In this document: positions 58,909-64,000 of the stretch, piece by piece
Layout: each line of letters starts with the position of its first letter
Position numbering within the stretch: position 1 is the first letter of the stretch
Source: Candidatus Pacearchaeota archaeon
GTDB lineage: Archaea; Nanobdellota; Nanobdellia; Pacearchaeales; GW2011-AR1
DNA length: 64,000 nucleotides
Assembly (NCBI GenBank): GCA_964202455.1
Contig: CAXNIJ010000001.1
Span: 46,080 to 110,079, forward strand
Direction: 5' to 3'
The notes under the pieces: generated by a model
Told to the model about the DNA's origin: nothing
Database searches by the model: none
What the model saw: the letters and a program-made list of their open reading frames with translations, nothing else
Position numbers and translations under genes: made by a program

Positions 58909-59526
58909 ATGAGCGAAGAGGAATTAGATAATTCTCCAAAAGTTGAATCATTTCCAGAACCTTCTTCAAAACCAATAAATGCAACTTCTTCTAAAAATAA
59001 TTTTCTGATTATTGGAATTATAGCACTTTTTTTAATTTTACTAATAATTTTACTAATTTATCTATTTTCAAGCAATTCTAATACCGATTCATCATCAAGC
59101 ACTTCACAAAGAACTACGGGCCTCTTTGGGAAACAATCAGCATATTTAAACCCGCAGCAAGTATTCTTAGAATATCGTTCAGAAATGCAAAAAACAAAAA
59201 CTCTAGAGGATTTATATCAGGTAAGCCTCAAATATGGAGATAAAGAGAGTGTAAAGAAATATCAAGCAGATAAAGAAAAAATGGATACTTCTTCAATTAT
59301 AACAAAACAAGCAGTTTATGAAATGATTATTAATTTAATACCTAAAATAAGTGAAATAGACATGGCCAATATTAAAGAAGAGAAAAATTCTACTTCATCA
59401 ACATTAACACTCAATACTAAAGATGGTAAAAGCTCTGGAACAGTAAGTATGATAAAAGAGGACAATGCCTGGAAAATCTCTAAAGAATCTTGGAAATATT
59501 CAGGGAATTTTGCAAACAAGAATTAA
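58909..59526 (+). CDS. Membrane-anchored protein, possible NTF2-like/DUF4878-like extracellular domain
   Basis: Single TM; C-terminal MIKEDNAWKI. Confidence 0.55.
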   Translation: MSEEELDNSPKVESFPEPSSKPINATSSKNNFLIIGIIALFLILLIILLIYLFSSNSNTDSSSSTSQRTTGLFGKQSAYLNPQQVFLEYRSEMQKTKTLEDLYQVSLKYGDKESVKKYQADKEKMDTSSIITKQAVYEMIINLIPKISEIDMANIKEEKNSTSSTLTLNTKDGKSSGTVSMIKEDNAWKISKESWKYSGNFANKN

Positions 59527-59589
59527 ATATTCTGGATAGCAGTAAAACTTAATTTTTGATGAGCCAAAATTTATCTTCAAGAAAATAAT

Positions 59590-59973
59590 TTACTTAAACA
59601 GTAATTCAACTTTCTTAGGGTCTCTCTTAATTTCTTTAACAACAGTAGACGGACCAATGACTGTGAGGGCACTGCTATCTCCCACAAGACGTCTAGCAAT
59701 GTTATATCTCAACTTCACAAAAATAGGCTTTCCACGTAAATCAGGTTCAATAACTGCTAGTTCAATACCTTTAAAGTCTTTAATATGTCCGACAAGAGCC
59801 ATAGTATCTTCAATTAGTCTAGCCTCTTCTTCAGCACGAAGTCTACCATGAACAATAACTATCTTATTACTTAATATCAAACTTAATATCTTTTTCACTC
59901 TTTCAGAAATACTTAGTTCTTCTATCTCAGAATAAGGGATTACTTGCATACTAAGTTCACTTATTTTTTTCAT
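59590..59973 (-). CDS. oapB: OapB (DUF2073) protein
   Basis: GRLRAEEEARLIEDTM...FKGIELA...LTVIGP...KRDP. Confidence 0.87.
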   Translation of the reverse strand: MKKISELSMQVIPYSEIEELSISERVKKILSLILSNKIVIVHGRLRAEEEARLIEDTMALVGHIKDFKGIELAVIEPDLRGKPIFVKLRYNIARRLVGDSSALTVIGPSTVVKEIKRDPKKVELLFK

Positions 59974-60611
59974 ACGCTTTTACTAAGTCTAAAAATAGCT
60001 TCGTAAAATTCCTCCATATTTAGACCATCCTTTGCAGATATTCCGACAACTTCATATTCAGGGAAAGCAGTAGAAACTTTTTCAATATCTGCTTTCTTTA
60101 AATCAATCTTATTGGCAACAAGAAGAACAGGTATTTTTCGTGCAACAAGATTTCCTATAATCGTAATATTTACTTGAGAATAAGGGTTTTCGGAGGCATC
60201 TAGTACTACAATAACGGCATCCATATCATCTAGCCACTGAATAGATTCTATAATGCCTTGTGTGGCTTCCTTCGCCCTTCTTTTAGCGTCACCTCTCTTC
60301 ACTCCAAACTTCAAAAACTCTTCATAATCTATCTTTGTAGCAATTCCCGGAGTATCAATAAGTTTGAAAACCAAGGTCTTTCCCTTATGTTTAATTTCAA
60401 CTTTCTCTTTAAATTGCACTTCACGAGTTTCATGAGGTATTTTACTTACTACTCCAATTTCTTCTCCAGTCCAGTCTTTACAGATACGATTTGCGAGGCT
60501 AGTTTTTCCCGCATTCGGCGGACCATAAAATCCAATTTTAATATGCTCTTTTCTTCTAAATATTCCGCGCAATAACCTCTTCGAGAAATTTTTTAAAATT
60601 CGTAACATCAT
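59970..60611 (-). CDS. oapA: OapA Era-like GTPase
   Basis: GPPNAGKTSLANRI, IPHETR, DTPG, NKID. Confidence 0.9.
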   Translation of the reverse strand: MMLRILKNFSKRLLRGIFRRKEHIKIGFYGPPNAGKTSLANRICKDWTGEEIGVVSKIPHETREVQFKEKVEIKHKGKTLVFKLIDTPGIATKIDYEEFLKFGVKRGDAKRRAKEATQGIIESIQWLDDMDAVIVVLDASENPYSQVNITIIGNLVARKIPVLLVANKIDLKKADIEKVSTAFPEYEVVGISAKDGLNMEEFYEAIFRLSKSV

Positions 60612-60613
60612 AG

Positions 60614-63310
60614 TTAGAGATTTGGTCTTTTAATAAATCTTGCGTCTACCGTTTCCTGCCGTCTTTTTTCAATTTCTTTGCGAACTTTTCTATTTTCAAA
60701 GAATTTAAATATTGGAATTTCAAGCATTCCAGTACGTTTTCCATCTATCTTTTTGAATGCATAAGTCACTTGTTCATTATTCCATCCACTAAAAGTCAGT
60801 TTCTTTCTAGCATCTCCATCTGTTAATTTCTGAGAACGCGCATTATATATGAAATGCACAACGTTGTACAAATCATCACTATTAGCAAACAAATGAGATT
60901 CATAATGATGCTTATACCATTCTTGCAAAATAATGTATAAAACAAAAAAACCCAAAACTACAAATAAAATACCATATTTTGCAATTCCCCATCTATCATA
61001 TAAATTAGGCGGATCAACTTTTGTTTGAACTAAACCCAAGTATTTGAGTTCAGGAGTTAAATACGCACCTAGTGAAGAAAGTTCAGCACTTTCAGGCAAC
61101 GTAAAAGAGAAAGTAGTGTCGCTAGAAATTGGAATAATTGTTCCCTTACTAGAACCAACACTTATTTCTCTAGCACCTACAGGATTTTCAAACGATATCT
61201 GATCTAATGGAGCATCAAGAACAAAATAAGCATTGCTTGCATTTTCAGCAATTTTAGTAATAGCTATAGTATAAAATGTAACTAGTTCAGTTTCTTCTCC
61301 GCGAGATACAGAAGAATAAATCTCTCTTTTTGCTTGGGCATTATAAGAGTTACCTGTCCAATCTGTCAAGGCTCTTTTAATATTCTCTCCATCTCCTAGC
61401 GATTCTTCAGAAACGCCAGACAAATTTGCAAGATATTTTAAATTGGCATTTATAATTCCAATAAGCAGAGTATCTTCATTAGTCGTAGTTGGAATTACCG
61501 AACTTGGAATATTTAATTTCATAATTCCCTCCACCACAGAAGTATAATTTTCATCACTTATTGCAGAGTCATATAGTTTCTGTAAATTATTTATATTAGA
61601 TTTTAATCCAGTAATATTTATTTTCTTTTCAATTTGTCCCCCTTTCCAGGAAGGCAATTTAGAAACTAAAATGCTCAAATTGTTAATTCTTTGTTGAGTG
61701 TGGGGCAATAATATTTTTGCAGAACTGTTTGCGTTCCCAACTTCAACTATAAAGCTTTTTGTACCAGTTAAACCATCGCTACGAGTAGCAGTTACTTCAA
61801 GAGTAAAATTACCTGCTTTTTTATAAGTATAATACAGGGCTTTCCCTTTAATAGTTTGAATATTTCCATCACCAAATTTCCAAACAGATTGACTCATATT
61901 ATAGTCTCCACCAATATTAAATAAAGTGGATAATCCAATACTTACACTAGAAGGATAAACATCAAAATTAAATCCTGCCTTAATTGAAAGAGGCACCGGT
62001 GCAAATATCTTGTTTGTCCCAGAATATAATACAAAAGAAGTTTCTTTTGTCCCCAGAGGAATTGTAAAATTAGCCGAGTCCAAAGTCAAATTAATTTTCC
62101 CAGAACTTATAGTTGGTTGGACATTCTCCAAACTAAGAAGATTATTATTTGTCAGTGAAGCACCTTTAGAGGTATATTTTAGTTCAGAGATACTAAAACT
62201 AACTTGTTGATTCAAAGCGCTTTTAATAATAAATGGCAAGGCGCAACCATTAGTGCAATTATTTCCATACACTTTGTTCAAATAAGTGTTCACCAAATTA
62301 ATAAGACTCTTTCCAGTCATTAAATTAACAGAACTTTCATTTATCTCAAAACTAGGTTGTGCAAATGTCAATGGCTGTGCAGAAAGAGGATAGTCTCGAG
62401 AAAAAGTTAATGAATTTCTCTGTGAAGTCCCACACACAGGACTGCTTGTTTCAGTAGAGATAGTATAGTTGCTCAGCGTGCCAGGTTTAGAGCCTAAACA
62501 GAGCATATAGCTCTGCTTTGTAGCTCTAGAAGCGTTAACTACACAACTTAGTTCTTCAGTATGTTGCGTATGCTTTGGTAGTATACACGAATCAACTGAG
62601 CCCCAATTTGAATCATATAATGTAAGGGTTAATTCAGAATATGCAATAGTACTATTGGTTACTAAAGCGGAGAGTCGGTAAGCTGGTCCAGCAGGCAAAG
62701 TAATGTTTTCACAATATGGGTTCTGCGCATTACTTGTTATCTCCGCTACTTCAACAGGTACACCAGAAGAAAAACAACCAATTTGTTTAACATCACAAAG
62801 AGTATTAACATATTTAGTATTTATCATAGAAACATTTCCATCGAGTAAGTCAGTACTTAATTGTCCATTACAAGATTGTCCAGCATTACTGCTAACGCCA
62901 AGGCGCAGAGATTGTATTACAATGTCTTCTCCAGACAAATTAAATCCTATAGCTTTAACTTCATTATCTAGCGCAATCGCAGAAGAAAGTGCACTACGGG
63001 CAACCATAGCAGAACTACAATTTTTAGTAGTACAAGAATAATCATTTCCTTCAGTTAATCCATTTCTTTTAAGCCATTCAATTAAAGTCAAAGATCCTCC
63101 AAAATTACTGCTAATATTTAATGCGGGCAGTTCATTAGTAATTTTAATTTGCACATTTCCCTTTATCATGTCTCCTCCACTTATTGAATTATTTTTAACG
63201 AGGATATTTATTCCATCAATACTAGCCAAAACACTTGGAATCATAATTAAAATACTTATTATCAAAACTAGCATTACCCAAATCTCTTTTTCCCTTTCTC
63301 TCTTTTTCAT
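60614..63310 (-). CDS. Large surface protein with PKD domain and C-terminal TM plus cytoplasmic tail
   Basis: Signal peptide, WKFGDG...YTYKKAGNFTLEV PKD, TM near residue 780. Confidence 0.8.
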   Translation of the reverse strand: MKKREREKEIWVMLVLIISILIMIPSVLASIDGINILVKNNSISGGDMIKGNVQIKITNELPALNISSNFGGSLTLIEWLKRNGLTEGNDYSCTTKNCSSAMVARSALSSAIALDNEVKAIGFNLSGEDIVIQSLRLGVSSNAGQSCNGQLSTDLLDGNVSMINTKYVNTLCDVKQIGCFSSGVPVEVAEITSNAQNPYCENITLPAGPAYRLSALVTNSTIAYSELTLTLYDSNWGSVDSCILPKHTQHTEELSCVVNASRATKQSYMLCLGSKPGTLSNYTISTETSSPVCGTSQRNSLTFSRDYPLSAQPLTFAQPSFEINESSVNLMTGKSLINLVNTYLNKVYGNNCTNGCALPFIIKSALNQQVSFSISELKYTSKGASLTNNNLLSLENVQPTISSGKINLTLDSANFTIPLGTKETSFVLYSGTNKIFAPVPLSIKAGFNFDVYPSSVSIGLSTLFNIGGDYNMSQSVWKFGDGNIQTIKGKALYYTYKKAGNFTLEVTATRSDGLTGTKSFIVEVGNANSSAKILLPHTQQRINNLSILVSKLPSWKGGQIEKKINITGLKSNINNLQKLYDSAISDENYTSVVEGIMKLNIPSSVIPTTTNEDTLLIGIINANLKYLANLSGVSEESLGDGENIKRALTDWTGNSYNAQAKREIYSSVSRGEETELVTFYTIAITKIAENASNAYFVLDAPLDQISFENPVGAREISVGSSKGTIIPISSDTTFSFTLPESAELSSLGAYLTPELKYLGLVQTKVDPPNLYDRWGIAKYGILFVVLGFFVLYIILQEWYKHHYESHLFANSDDLYNVVHFIYNARSQKLTDGDARKKLTFSGWNNEQVTYAFKKIDGKRTGMLEIPIFKFFENRKVRKEIEKRRQETVDARFIKRPNL

Positions 63311-63516
63311 TCTCTATGGTGCCTTAGTTTCTTTAAAAATATGCCGTCTTAAGAGTTATCCCTACAAAAATGAATGTTTCTAAACTCGTAAGGATAACTC
63401 GAAAAGAAAAGTGTAAATAGTATCTTCTTTCAATTTTAACTGCCATACTAAAAGAGTAACTTTCTCAGAGGCTATTTTTTCATGGAGAAGTTCGCCGAGT
63501 ACAGGCATTATTCATG

Positions 63517-63607
63517 AAGAGAAGTTTGAATAATTCCGAGTTTAAGAGGGATTTTCAAACGGAGTCTTCAGAAAACTTTTGGCTTTTGTAAAGTTCTCTG
63601 AAGACTC
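63517..63607 (+). repeat. Two-hairpin intergenic repeat (family B), copy 2
   Basis: Homologous to 36386-36466; long hairpin GAGTCTTCAG...CTGAAGACTC at 63562-63607. Confidence 0.75.
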
Positions 63608-63754
63608 AAGGTAAGCCGAAAGAATAATAAAGTGTTACAAATTCTCCAACCATAAACTATATATTCTCCATTCACCATATAAAATTGGGCAAATAGCCCA
63701 CATAGGCATAGTAAGATTTATATACTAGTATCACCCTATAGTGACATCAATAAC

Positions 63755-64000
63755 ATGAGAAAAACACCTATGCACAAAGGTCTTGCAACTATGCCTATCT
63801 TAGATTATTCTGAACCTTACAGCCCCTCTATCACTATTGCCTCTAATCTAGACACAGACCGAGTACATCTTCTTCCCTATATATCTCAACTTAACTCTAG
63901 ACCGGTGCAACTTCAACCCTTTTCAGATTTAAGAAATTGGGCAGCCACCCCCTCTAGAAGTCATCTAGATCTTCCTCCTTTCGATTTCTTAGACTTTGAT
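63755..64000 (+). CDS. Partial hypothetical ORF running off the window
   Basis: Open frame from ATG 63755 or 63791 to the window end; TTTATATA upstream. Confidence 0.35.
   Translation, partial: MRKTPMHKGLATMPILDYSEPYSPSITIASNLDTDRVHLLPYISQLNSRPVQLQPFSDLRNWAATPSRSHLDLPPFDFLDFD

Overview
AT-rich archaeal chromosomal segment, most consistent with a DPANN lineage (Pacearchaeota/Woesearchaeota-like, inferred from gene content and BRE/TATA promoters). Core genes include cdc6-DP1-DP2 (PolD), Lhr helicase with its phosphoesterase, a RecJ-like DHH protein, archaeal MutS5-like protein, ArgRS, Mre11/Rad50, proteasome beta, aCPSF1, CCA-adding enzyme and oapABC. RNA genes are an intron-containing tRNA-Thr(CGU) and an SRP RNA that appears to lack helix 6. 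The most notable region is 21.2-24.1 kb: three winged-helix genes whose linker-coding DNA and flanks are tiled with several short-repeat arrays. One of these genes contains a near-perfect copy of the ORB found upstream of cdc6, which suggests an undescribed intragenic origin or centromere-like system. It is followed by a toxin-antitoxin/orphan gene array punctuated by a conserved intergenic repeat (24-29.5 kb). Also present are a family of modular hairpin elements and a 2279-aa type IV pilin fused to about 15 Ig-like repeats. All calls are from reading the sequence by eye; no database searches were run.
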